Assembly: GCA_964512915.1 (NCBI GenBank)
Contig: CAZEKJ010000002.1
Span: forward strand, 152,977 to 216,976
From: an uncultured Porphyromonadaceae bacterium
GTDB lineage: Bacteria; Bacteroidota; Bacteroidia; Bacteroidales; UBA12481
DNA length: 64,000 bases
Reading direction: 5' to 3'
In this document: positions 1 through 9,295 of the stretch, piece by piece
Layout of the letters: each line of letters begins with the position of its first letter
How positions within the stretch are numbered: the stretch's first letter is position 1
Translations under genes and position numbers: made by a program
Notes under the pieces: model-generated
What the model was told of the DNA's origin: nothing
The model's input: the letters and a program-made list of their open reading frames with translations, nothing else
Databases searched by the model: none

Positions 1-1
1 T

Positions 2-208
2 AAGAGAAGGTTGGGTAGGAATACTGATGGGCTCCAGATTTATCGTAATTATAATTTAATAGGTGATATTGATGTCCCCAAGGGCTTTGAAGTAATTGGC
101 TTCATTAATGACTTTTATTATGCAACTATCAATCAAGCTAGATACGCAAACAAAATATCCTTACTCAAATTTAAATTCAATTATGCAGAGAAAAATTCAA
201 ATAATTAG
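2..208 (+). CDS. 3' end of an ORF entering from the left window edge (hypothetical protein)
   Basis: The frame is open from the window edge to TAA 206-208 (...GFEVIGFINDFYYATINQARYANKISLLKFKFNYAEKNSNN). It is too short to assign a family. Confidence 0.3.
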   Translation, partial: KRRLGRNTDGLQIYRNYNLIGDIDVPKGFEVIGFINDFYYATINQARYANKISLLKFKFNYAEKNSNN

Positions 209-614
209 CGCTTTTATACTAGTAACTCTCATATCTTGTGTAAATAATAAAAACCATAACGATCCAGATATCATTCTCCCAAATGACAGAATAACTACAT
301 CACAAGGTTACTTGGTTTGTAAAGAGCAAAGAAGGGATTTTGGGATTTTCCAGCAAGGAAAAATAATAGAATGTGATTTTTCTTTTTACAATAAAGGGTC
401 TGAGGAACTCGAGATTATTGATTTTGATGCATCCTGTACATGCTCCGAATTAAAGTTTAGCGACATGACAATTGAAGCTGGAGATTCCCTGACAGTTACG
501 ATGATTATTCAAACTATTGATAAAAGAAAAGGAAAACATAAAACCGATGCGTTTTTTAAAACAAATGGAACAAGAAGGTTTTATAACGTAAGTTCTAATT
601 ATGAAATTGAATAA
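183..614 (+). CDS. DUF1573-type lipoprotein
   Basis: ATG at 183 gives MQRKIQIISAFILVTLISC, a lipoprotein-type signal with a lipobox Cys. The body carries the C-x-C pattern (IIDFDASCTCSEL) in a beta-rich ~100-residue module, as in DUF1573 proteins. The longer track ORF from 96 lacks a signal peptide. Confidence 0.6.
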   Translation: MQRKIQIISAFILVTLISCVNNKNHNDPDIILPNDRITTSQGYLVCKEQRRDFGIFQQGKIIECDFSFYNKGSEELEIIDFDASCTCSELKFSDMTIEAGDSLTVTMIIQTIDKRKGKHKTDAFFKTNGTRRFYNVSSNYEIE

Positions 615-1800
615 AATGAGTTCAATTTTTTGGAATAAGAATAATCTTATTTTATTCAAGAGCCGTATTAGTGTTATCTTACTGATAAGCATTGCAGTTT
701 CCCTCTTATGCATTGGAATCTGGTGGTTGAGCTTATTTATTGTTGTTATAGCTTTGATATTAAGATTACTAATCTTGAAATTGGGGAATAACTCGTGGTT
801 CAGGAACCACATTGCAGTACGATTTTTATCGTGGTTTATTAGTCTATTTATATTAATCATTGCTTTAAGAGTATTTGTTTTTGACATTTACAGTATTTCA
901 AATAGTTCAATGGAAAATACGATAATTAGTCAAGATAAAATTATTGTTAACAAATTGAAGTATGGTCCAAAATTGCCAACTTCTCTTTATGAAATTCCAT
1001 GGCTCAAATTTTTGTCGTATGTCTTTCATCATTCAGCAAGAAATACAGACTCAAATATTTGGGAAAATAGAAGAATGCCCGGATATTCAGAAGTTAATGA
1101 GAGGGACATTATTCTTTTTAACCATCCTCTCAATCGCAATTTAATTTTGATAAAAAGGTGCATTGCAAAACCCAATGACTCACTCCAGATAGCAAACTCT
1201 AAGATTATTGTCAATAATGTTGAGGAATTCTATCCTAAAAATGGTAAACGTCGGATCAGAGTTTATTATAACAATCTTTCTGAAATGGTATCTTTTCTAA
1301 GCACTTTTGAGGGTAATTCTTTTAATGACATACATAATCCAGATGATAAATATTTTATTTTTAATATCACGAATTCTGACAAAAACAAAATAATAGGTAA
1401 GGAGTTTATTGACTCTGTTGTTATTGAGAGTACCTCAAAAGAACGCAGTATAACAGCAGTTGATATTCGACAAAAGTCAGCAATGACCATTGCAGATTTC
1501 GGGCCATTTGTAATACCCTCCCAAGGGCTGAAAATTAATCTTAACATTGACAATTTTCAGTTTTATGAACCTATTATCAATAGGTATGAAGGAGACTGTA
1601 TCCAATTTCATAACAATTCCATTCAGTTAAAGGGGCAAGATGTAAATGATTATACCTTTAAAAATAATTATTATTTTGTCCTAGGTGATAATCGTTATGA
1701 ATCATCCGATTCTCGTGATTGGGGGCTTATTCCTGAAAGCGTGATAATTGGTCATGTTGCATTTGTCATATTCCCAATTCGATTTGGTTCTTTGGAATAA
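601..1800 (+). CDS. lepB: signal peptidase I (S26 family)
   Basis: N-terminal TM segments are followed by SNSSMENTI (Ser nucleophile box), LIKRCIAKPND (Lys box) and GDNRYESSDSRDWGLIP (box E). Confidence 0.85.
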   Translation: MKLNKMSSIFWNKNNLILFKSRISVILLISIAVSLLCIGIWWLSLFIVVIALILRLLILKLGNNSWFRNHIAVRFLSWFISLFILIIALRVFVFDIYSISNSSMENTIISQDKIIVNKLKYGPKLPTSLYEIPWLKFLSYVFHHSARNTDSNIWENRRMPGYSEVNERDIILFNHPLNRNLILIKRCIAKPNDSLQIANSKIIVNNVEEFYPKNGKRRIRVYYNNLSEMVSFLSTFEGNSFNDIHNPDDKYFIFNITNSDKNKIIGKEFIDSVVIESTSKERSITAVDIRQKSAMTIADFGPFVIPSQGLKINLNIDNFQFYEPIINRYEGDCIQFHNNSIQLKGQDVNDYTFKNNYYFVLGDNRYESSDSRDWGLIPESVIIGHVAFVIFPIRFGSLE

Positions 1801-1873
1801 CTCTTTTCGCTATTCTGGATATGCTACAGAAAACAGTAGGGTAAGTTAAGCTACAAAAAAGTGGTAATTTGCC

Positions 1874-2122
1874 ATGATGAGAACACAAAGAACAAAATAC
1901 GACAAGGAATTCAAGAAGAAATTGGTAGAGCTTTCTTAAACGAGAGGCCCAGAAATACGAGCATAATAGCTTTCCTGGGCAGGGAAAGCCAAAGTTGACG
2001 ATATAGAGCATGAGAATGCGGAGTTAAAAAAACAGCTTAGAAAGGCGGAAATGGAGCGTGATATCCTAAAAAAGGCGATAAGCATCTTCTCCAGGAGCGA
2101 TGGCAAATCTACCAATTCATAA
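1874..2122 (+). pseudogene. IS3 OrfA remnant (interrupted)
   Basis: MMRTQRTKYDKEFKKKLVELS is followed by a stop. A downstream frame reads ...ENAELKKQLRKAEMERDILKKAISIFS, the leucine-zipper end of IS3 OrfA, and ends at TAA 2120-2122. The middle of the gene is missing or out of frame. Confidence 0.6.
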
Positions 2123-2154
2123 GTGATCATAGAACCCGATTTACCGTTGAGAAG

Positions 2155-2985
2155 ATGTGTAAAATGTTCGAAGTCAGTACAAGCAGCTATTTCACATGGA
2201 TGAAAGCAGGTCCTCCGGAGCGTTGGAAAAAAAACGAATCTCTTTTGGTTACTATCATGGATGTTTTTGAAAATAGCAAGAACAGTTATGGAAGCCCAAG
2301 GATTGCGAAAGAGCTCCATGCTATGGGCATAAGCGCATCCAAACCTTTGGTCGCCCGATTAATGAGGGCAGCTGGAATCCAGGCACGAAGGAGGAAAAAT
2401 TTTGTTGCCACCACGGACTCGAAGCACAAAAATCCGATTGCGCCGAACGTGCTGGACCGGAAATTTTCGGCCACCAGGCACGGTGAAGTCTGGGTTTCGG
2501 ATATAACGTATGTGCGAACCTATCAGGGCTGGCTCTATTTAACGGTAATCATTGACCTATTTGACCGGAAAGTAGTTGGATGGGCCATGAGCAAAGGGCT
2601 GACAGCTGCCGAAACTATCCTTCCTGCCTGGGTTATGGCCGTCACGAACCGTCCTGTTACCCAGGATTTGATTTTTCATTCAGACCGTGGTGTTCAGTAT
2701 GCTTGTGATGATTTCACCAAAATTCTCCATAGGAATGGCCTGATAACCCGCAGCATGAGCAGAAAGGGAAACTGTTGGGATAATGCTGTCGCAGAAAGCT
2801 TTTTTAAATCAATCAAAGTGGAATGGATTTATAAGCAGAGTTATACCGATCAAAAACAAGCAACGCTTTCAATATTTGAATGGATTGAGAGCTGGGATAA
2901 TAGGAAAAGAAGGCATTCATCCCTGGGATATAAAACGATTGAAGAATATCAAATAATAAATAGTAATTTTAAACATGCAGCTTAG
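2155..2985 (+). CDS. IS3-family transposase OrfB (DDE integrase core)
   Basis: SPRIAKELHAMGISASKPLVARLMRAAGI, WVSDITYV, DLFDRKVVGW, HSDRGVQY and CWDNAVAESFF form the standard IS3 OrfB/rve catalytic core. Confidence 0.85.
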   Translation: MCKMFEVSTSSYFTWMKAGPPERWKKNESLLVTIMDVFENSKNSYGSPRIAKELHAMGISASKPLVARLMRAAGIQARRRKNFVATTDSKHKNPIAPNVLDRKFSATRHGEVWVSDITYVRTYQGWLYLTVIIDLFDRKVVGWAMSKGLTAAETILPAWVMAVTNRPVTQDLIFHSDRGVQYACDDFTKILHRNGLITRSMSRKGNCWDNAVAESFFKSIKVEWIYKQSYTDQKQATLSIFEWIESWDNRKRRHSSLGYKTIEEYQIINSNFKHAA

Positions 2986-3094
2986 CTTAACTCAATGTCC
3001 GGATTTAGGTAGTAATTCCAAATCAGTTGAAAATCTTTTAACAAAGGACGCAGCGCTCGCGACTGAAACATCTACATCTATAAAAGAAAATTTC

Positions 3095-4342
3095 ATGAAA
3101 AAACGAACTTACAATTCATTTCCACGAAGGAACAAGCCTTACCTCCAATTGAGAATTGTCCTTATCATATTAATCGGGCTATTGTTATCAAATTGTTTAA
3201 ATAACCCAAAAACCGGTGAAACGAACCATCAAGTAGATATTCTCGGAGGTTATTCAAATGTTAAAGATTTCACTCTCAGCAATATTGCCACAGATGTTGA
3301 ATATATAAAACTAGAAAACAATCCGGAGGCACAATTTTCGTTAGGATTACCAATTCTTCATAAAAACTATATCCTTATTAAGGGAGTTAGAGAGCATCGA
3401 TTGATTTTGTTTGGATCTCAAGGCAACTTCCTTGGTATAATTGGAAACTATGGAAAGGGGCCTGGAGAATTCCTAGGATTTAAAGATGTTTATTTCCATC
3501 CGAAAGAACCAAAAATCTTAGTACATGATGATATAACAAAGAAAATACTAATTTATACTCTTGATGGTAAATATATAAAAGAATTCAACTATTCAGATCG
3601 ATACGAGAGAGCACTTGAAAAAGTATTCTTCAATCAAAATGGAAATATTCAAGTAGTACTTCATAGACCAACCGTAGCTGAAGGTGAAATACCATTAATC
3701 AGGATTCTCAATGAGGATTTCGAAGAGATTAAGCTTTTTCATTATGTTAGCATTGATCAATACTCCAAGGATGATCGGACTGGATTCTCAAATTTCTGGA
3801 TTGACAATGGAATATTCTACATGCAAGAATTTTACTATGACAAAGTCCTTTCCTTACAAAAGGATAAATTGTTCACTCTATTTGATTTAGTTCTTAGGGA
3901 AAATCATTCTCCATCCTTTTATGTTCCAAGAAATCCAGGTGTTTGGGCATATAACTCTATACCCTATATTAGAAGTGTAGGTAAGTATTTTCTACTGTAT
4001 CTTCACCTACCAAAGATCGAAGGTAGACACATATTACAGGTGTTTGATTCTGAATCAAATGAGATATTTAGACCGAATCCTCCATTAACAAGAAATTTTA
4101 ATGAGGATCTGCCAGGAATAGATAACGATATAGACGGTTTTGGCCAGGTTATTGTGACTGATACATGGAATGGGAAAATTGTTGATATCCTAAATATTTT
4201 TGATTTGCGAGAAGCAATAGAAGATAGCTTGCACATAAACATCACACATCCTGAGAAAAGGTCACAATTGATTGATATGGTTAAAGAGATGGATGTTGAA
4301 GATAATCCTATTGTAAGAATTTTTACTTTAAAACAGTATTAA
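3095..4342 (+). CDS. 6-bladed beta-propeller family lipoprotein (BF3164-like)
   Basis: ATG at 3095 gives MKKRTYNSF...LIGLLLSNC, a signal with a lipobox. It carries the GNYGKGPGEF motif and repeated short beta-strand units typical of Bacteroidota 6-bladed propeller lipoproteins. It is a paralog of 49448-50626. The track ORF start at 2975 lies inside the IS3 end. Confidence 0.65.
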   Translation: MKKRTYNSFPRRNKPYLQLRIVLIILIGLLLSNCLNNPKTGETNHQVDILGGYSNVKDFTLSNIATDVEYIKLENNPEAQFSLGLPILHKNYILIKGVREHRLILFGSQGNFLGIIGNYGKGPGEFLGFKDVYFHPKEPKILVHDDITKKILIYTLDGKYIKEFNYSDRYERALEKVFFNQNGNIQVVLHRPTVAEGEIPLIRILNEDFEEIKLFHYVSIDQYSKDDRTGFSNFWIDNGIFYMQEFYYDKVLSLQKDKLFTLFDLVLRENHSPSFYVPRNPGVWAYNSIPYIRSVGKYFLLYLHLPKIEGRHILQVFDSESNEIFRPNPPLTRNFNEDLPGIDNDIDGFGQVIVTDTWNGKIVDILNIFDLREAIEDSLHINITHPEKRSQLIDMVKEMDVEDNPIVRIFTLKQY

Positions 4343-4534
4343 ATTGCAACAGTGATTTACTAGAGTGGTATCTTTGTTAAATGATTTTCATGTGATCATT
4401 ATTTTGTTCCTTGATATTTTGATAATCTGGACGTGCCGACCAAACTGATCAGTCTCTGCCGATTCAAACTGGTTCTTCGTCACATTTGGGGGAGCTATCC
4501 GGTTTTGGAAAGGATTATTTTTCTGCGCAAAAGT

Positions 4535-4750
4535 TCAAAACCAGCCCCGGCCATACATACCACGTTTAATACTTTTAATCCGGTTGATATGGCCTTCAAC
4601 CATTCCGTTGCTCCAGGTCATCGCTATGCCATATTCCACTGCCCGAGGATCCCTTAATAGTCCATTGGCAAACATTTTAATACCTGATAATCTATGTCTT
4701 GACCGCTGTACGAAGTCAATCCATCTTTTAATGTTCCCACTACTGGACAC
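4535..4750 (-). pseudogene. ISL3-family transposase, C-terminal fragment
   Basis: It ends ...WSNGMVEGHINRIKSIKRGMYGRGWF, the conserved ISL3 transposase C-terminus. Only about 70 codons remain, and the upstream part is replaced by the IS630 end. Confidence 0.6.
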
Positions 4751-5930
4751 GCCGACAGAAAAACCAATCCTCGCCGGGCTATTTGACCGCCTTCCGCCGA
4801 ACCATTTGATCAGCGACGGCCGAAGTCATCTGACCACCTGGATCATATTAGCTATCAGGCATACAACTGCAAATGGAGGATGGTTTAATCAACTCGGCAG
4901 GGATTGGTTAATTCCATTCGGCTGGGACTGGTCAATATGTCCGTTTTTTCCAGATAGGTATGCGAACCATCGACAGGGTTAAGAAACTGTTTGTTGAAGA
5001 AGGGTTAGATGCAGCGTTGAAAATGGCACCTACGACGCGAGGATACGATAAGACCATGGATGGTGATATGGAAGCCCATTTGATTGCACTGGCTTGCGGA
5101 GAACCGCCCAAGGGATTTGCCCGATGGTCCCTTCGGCTACTGGCAGATAAATTAGTTGAACTAAGAATTGCCGAGAGCATCTCATACGAAACGGTCTGTC
5201 GGACGCTAAAAAAAACGAACTTAAGCCTTGGAAAGTAAAGGGTTGGGTGATCCCACCCAAGCAAAGCAGTGAATTTGTAGCGGCTATGGAAAAAGTTCTT
5301 GATGTATATAAACGGCCCTATACCCCCAAGCGACCCGTCATTTGCATGGACGAGTCGCCCAAACACCTGATAGGGGAAACCGGCCTACCGATGTCCAAGA
5401 TTCAAGGTCATGAATGGAAACACGATTATGAGTATGAGCGTCTTGGCGTTTGTAATAACTTTCTTGCCATCAATGAACCCCTTGCTGGATTTGGTACAGT
5501 GCAAATAACTCCTCAAGGTGTAAGACTAATTGGGCAGAATTCCTTCGGGATGTTGTTGACAAAACTATCCAAAAGCGGAAGTTGTTACTGTGATCATCGA
5601 CAACCTCGGTATTCATACTCCTGGCGCATTTTATGAACGGTTTGAACCGGAAGAAACCAGAAGGATTTTGGACAGGATTGAATTAGTAAATACTCCTAAA
5701 CACGGCAGTTGGCTTAATATAGCTGAAATTGAGCCAAACATGTTGAATAATAAATGTTTAGATAACAGAATCGAAACAATTAAAGAAGTTGCCGGTAAGA
5801 TTGAAGCTAGGGAACTGGTTCGAAACGGCTTCAATAAGAAAATCAACTGGCAGTTTACAACTGAGTCGGCTCGCATAAAATTAAAAAGATTATATCCGTC
5901 AATTCAAAGTTGACATGACACTAGTGATAA
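4744..5930 (+). mobile_element. IS630-family element, transposase frameshifted
   Basis: The transposase is readable only across three frames. The left ~210 bp (from ...TGGACACGCCGACAG) is homologous, in the opposite orientation, to the 211-bp repeats at 49191 and 52399. The right boundary is approximate. Confidence 0.65.
4960..5913 (+). pseudogene. IS630-family transposase (two frame breaks)
   Basis: Consecutive frames read MRTIDRVKKLFVEEGLDAAL...ARWSLRLLADKL, then PPKQSSEFVAAMEKVLDVYKRPY...VICMDESPK, then IIDNLGIHTP...PKHGSWLNIAEIE...INWQFT. Together these give the HTH plus DDE core of IS630/Tc1-like transposases. Confidence 0.75.
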
Positions 5931-6448
5931 ATTCCAGAGCTAGAATAATGGATGAAATGAAATCTTCAAAATGGCTAATTGATGCTTAAAAAAATTAATA
6001 TTATGATAGTTAATATCTGATTTACAGGCAACTATAAATAATCTTAGTACTGTTGTTGATAACATAGATATTAGATTCATTAATCCTGGCAATACAATTT
6101 TTGGGGAAGGGTACAAAAAGGGGAAGACTTCACTCACGCTGTCCTTCCTGAACAATCGATAATCGTTCTTATGGTGTAAATGCTTTTCTTTCTTTTGTTA
6201 TAATGCTTAAAATAATTAGACCTAATTTGATATACAAATTGTATCCAACTATTTTAGGTGCTAAGAAAGTAGACAAGCCCATATGGAGCCCGGCTGAATT
6301 AGGATTGGTCCTGGGGAAACAGATTATTCTGAAAGGCTGGGCTTCTTTTTTATTGGTTGTCTTAAGTCGGCATTTACTGGAATGCATAGAATGTGAAGGG
6401 CCGGGAATACTAGCTTAGCTACCTGGTGAGCCACAAGCATGACCAGTA

Positions 6449-7090
6449 ATGCATGTTGATTTGTACTCATGGAACGGTGAATATGAACCGCTCGTAGTAA
6501 ATGTTGGAGAACTAATGGTATTGAAGATCATTGACCGGATTCTGGTGGCTTTGAGGGGTCCCACCATATTGAAAGCCAAGTATACCGGAACCAAGATCCC
6601 CTATAAAACTCTCATTAAGGTTCCGATGCTGGTCCTGCTGATCTCTGTATTTTTGCTATATGTCATCCGGGCTACCCTGTTTGAAACCTTTCTGTAGCCG
6701 CGGATCTTGCTAGTGGAACTTTCGATCGACATTGCCAGGGCCTTTCTGATACTCTGATTTTTCGGTGAGACTCTGAACATAATGTCGGCCATAGGGACCA
6801 TTGTCATGTCGGGGATGATTATCAACAATTCGATCCTGAAGATCAACACCATCAACCATACGTGGGTGGCCGGCCACGAGGTACTGGAGGCAGTCCATAT
6901 GGCCGGGGTGTGCCGGCTCAAACCGATCATCATGACCAGCCTTACCACCGTACTGGTTCTGCTGCTTTTCCTCCTCTTTAAAGGCATGGGCTCTGTTTGC
7001 AGAAACCCTTGGCTCTGGCCATCATCGGTGGGATGACCATCGGCATTCTCGTTAGCGTGTACATCGCGCCTATAATTATTGGGCATTACA
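6449..7090 (+). pseudogene. RND efflux permease (AcrB/CzcA type), C-terminal fragment
   Basis: Shifted frames read ...LLISVFLLYVIRATLFETF, ...IMSAIGTIVMSGMIINNSILKINTINH, ...EAVHMAGVCRLKPIIMTSLTTVL and ...IIGGMTIGILVSVYIAPII. This is the last TM bundle of RND permeases. Stops interrupt it and the rest of the protein is absent. Confidence 0.65.
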
Positions 7091-7122
7091 CCGGGAAAGT
7101 AATTAATGGTCTATATAAATAA

Positions 7123-7644
7123 CTAAATTGCCACTGAATGCGATTTGGAAACATATTGGCAGGGACTCTTGATCAGCAAAGATTGGCCGGCTCCGTCAAT
7201 TCTTAGGATGACTTCTTTGGATCCTTTTCGGTTCACCACCTCAGCCGAGTAACCAGTCAGAGGGCCTTCGCAAAATACGACGAGGTCACCAGGATCAAAA
7301 CCTTCGTTAGTTACTTCAAAGCAAAGGTCCCCAGCAATAACCATTTTAATGGATTCGATTTTCTCATCCGGAACGGGACAGGGCTGGCCGCATATTGTGA
7401 TGTATCGAACAATGGACTTGTCCTGGAGGGCTTTGTCATATTCCCTCCAACTAACACGCACGAAAATGTAAGAAGGGAACAAGGGCTTCTCAATTAACTT
7501 CTTTCGATCGGACCACTGCCGGAATTGCCTTATTTTCGGCAAATATGCCTCAATTCCTACCATTTTAAGATACTCCTCTGCCTTGAATTCATGACATGCT
7601 TTAGTGTATAAAACATACCATCGATAGATTTTTGTAACCCACAT
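7123..7644 (-). CDS. UpxY-family (NusG-like) transcription antiterminator
   Basis: RWYVLYTKACHEFKAEEYL...YLPK is an NGN domain. The C-terminal GDLVVFCEGPLTGYSAEVV is a KOW motif. Confidence 0.75.
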   Translation of the reverse strand: MWVTKIYRWYVLYTKACHEFKAEEYLKMVGIEAYLPKIRQFRQWSDRKKLIEKPLFPSYIFVRVSWREYDKALQDKSIVRYITICGQPCPVPDEKIESIKMVIAGDLCFEVTNEGFDPGDLVVFCEGPLTGYSAEVVNRKGSKEVILRIDGAGQSLLIKSPCQYVSKSHSVAI

Positions 7645-7654
7645 GGATTCTGGT

Positions 7655-7921
7655 TTATTTGATTCTACTTTTCATGCAACATTCAGGTTTGACCAGTTCA
7701 GGAGGATCATCAACATCTTTTAATAGGTCAATACATTTGATATTTAGGTATTTACACAGTTTAAATAAGGTGTAAAGCTGAATAGAAATCTTCCCTTGTT
7801 CGATTCTTCCTATATGGATTCCAGTGTCAATAAGGACCTCAAATTGAGTTTTACCGGCTTTTTGCCGTGCCCACTTAATCTGTTCGGCGACTTCTCTATT
7901 AAAAGTATTTTGCATACCCAT
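7655..7921 (-). CDS. XRE-family helix-turn-helix regulator
   Basis: QIKWARQKAGKTQFEVLIDTGIHIGRIEQGKISIQLYTLFKLCKYLNI is a Cro/C1-type HTH. A truncated paralog lies at 52263-52394. Confidence 0.7.
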   Translation of the reverse strand: MGMQNTFNREVAEQIKWARQKAGKTQFEVLIDTGIHIGRIEQGKISIQLYTLFKLCKYLNIKCIDLLKDVDDPPELVKPECCMKSRIK

Positions 7922-8035
7922 TTCAACAAAAGAGTTAATCTCTCCTTCATATGGGTTAATATCTTATCTTAGCAAAAAGTTACCGCTCATCCAGAAATAT
8001 TTTTATATGCCAGAGTTAACGTAACTTTGTTCAGA

Positions 8036-8617
8036 ATGAAAAGGCAAGAGCTTAAAAGACTAACGGACCAGGAACTTCTTCACTTGATTCGCGAAAAGGA
8101 TAACAAAGCCTGTGGTTTTCTCTTTTTACGTCTAACAAAGTATTTTAGGAGGTATTTGAAACCCTGGACACGAGATGCTAGAGTAGCCAAATCACTTGCC
8201 ATTGAAGTGATTGCCATCCTTATAGAGATGCCTAAAGAGCCTGTTCTGAGATCAAAGCTTATCAATTTTTCAATTACCATTGGTAGGAATCAATGGTTAT
8301 TGATCCAGAGAAAGGAAAGTAGATTCGAGAATAGACCCAATTGGTTTTTTGATGAATTTCAGTCAATTGAAAATGTCCTTGAGCAGACCATGATTTCTGA
8401 AAAACACAAGTATGTTAACAACTGTCTTCAGCAGGTAAGTGAAAAGTGTAGAAAACTATTGTCACTGTTTTGTCAGGGTTTCAGTCCAGACGAAGTTTGT
8501 TCTGAATTCGACTATTCATCAAAGAAGGTTTACCAGGTTAAGAAATCAAAATGCATTGAAAGACTGAGATCAATTGTCATTTCTTCACCTGAATATCACG
8601 AGCTATTTGAATCTTGA
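8036..8617 (+). CDS. sigma-70 family (ECF-like) RNA polymerase sigma factor
   Basis: Region-2-like FSITIGRNQWLLIQRKE and region-4-like CRKLLSLFCQGFSPDEVCSEFDYSSKKVYQVKKSKCIERLR are present. ATG at 8036 is preferred over the TTG at 8027. Confidence 0.55.
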   Translation: MKRQELKRLTDQELLHLIREKDNKACGFLFLRLTKYFRRYLKPWTRDARVAKSLAIEVIAILIEMPKEPVLRSKLINFSITIGRNQWLLIQRKESRFENRPNWFFDEFQSIENVLEQTMISEKHKYVNNCLQQVSEKCRKLLSLFCQGFSPDEVCSEFDYSSKKVYQVKKSKCIERLRSIVISSPEYHELFES

Positions 8618-8629
8618 TGGGAGGAATAG

Positions 8630-9295
8630 ATGATGAACGAAGAAAAATTAAATAATGAGTTGATTAAAACTCTGATTGAAAATGAAAATAAAAGGGTGCA
8701 AATAAGAGAGACCCTAAGATTTGTTGAGGATGCCTCAAATAAGTATCTCTCGGGACAAAAGAGGCACCCTAAAATTACTTGGTTAGTCACTTCACTAACA
8801 ATTACTTCAGCTGCCATTCTGATTTTATCACTAACAGTCTTGCCTTCCATTATTCCTATTAATGCAGAGGATCAATTTCAAGCATTTCATAAGAAGTTTG
8901 ATGGAAACTTTGCTGTTAGAGGAGAAGTCGATATTACTCCGTGGGAGTCAGCTTATAATTTATATCAATCCGGGCAATTAAATGAGGCAAGTCAGTTGGC
9001 CGACTCTGTATTATCATCTTACCCTTTTGACCATAAGATGCTTTTCTTATCAGGCCTCATCAGCATTGAGCAAGGGGAATATGTTGCTGCTGCAAAGAGT
9101 TTTATAGCTACATCTGGATTAGGAGGATCTTATGAGGTCTATTCTCGATGGTACCTTGCCTTGATTTACCTGAAGCAACATAAGTATTCTGACTGCCGGG
9201 AAGAACTAAGAATATTAAAACAAATAGACAACAAAGAGCTCAGAACCAAGGTAGGTAAGCTTTACCGCAAGATCCGTTTTCGTATGGATAAATAA
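8630..9295 (+). CDS. single-pass membrane protein with TPR-like C-terminal domain (possible anti-sigma or partner)
   Basis: One TM segment (ITWLVTSLTITSAAILILSLTVL) is followed by helical-repeat sequence (AYNLYQSGQLNEASQLADSVL...YLALIYLKQHKYSDC). The gene lies 12 nt downstream of the sigma gene. Confidence 0.5.
   Translation: MMNEEKLNNELIKTLIENENKRVQIRETLRFVEDASNKYLSGQKRHPKITWLVTSLTITSAAILILSLTVLPSIIPINAEDQFQAFHKKFDGNFAVRGEVDITPWESAYNLYQSGQLNEASQLADSVLSSYPFDHKMLFLSGLISIEQGEYVAAAKSFIATSGLGGSYEVYSRWYLALIYLKQHKYSDCREELRILKQIDNKELRTKVGKLYRKIRFRMDK

Larger units (their letters stand above)
1842..2994 (+). mobile_element. IS3-family insertion sequence with decayed orfA
   Basis: Imperfect terminal inverted repeats TAAGTTAAGCTA (1842-1853) and TAGCTTAACTCA (2983-2994) match at 11 of 12 positions when complemented. 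They bracket an orfA remnant and an intact orfB. The element lies between lepB and a beta-propeller gene. Confidence 0.7.

Noticed and set aside
4584-4982. The 132-aa Trp-rich plus-strand ORF
   Set aside because: It lies in the non-coding or degenerate left end of the IS630 element. The homologous 211-bp repeats at 49191 and 52399 carry stop codons in the equivalent frame, so the open frame here is fortuitous.
5940-6440. Small ORFs 5940-6155, 6169-6387 and 6203-6418
   Set aside because: They are mutually overlapping, low-complexity frames in junk DNA between the IS630 end and the RND fragment. They have no motifs or plausible starts.
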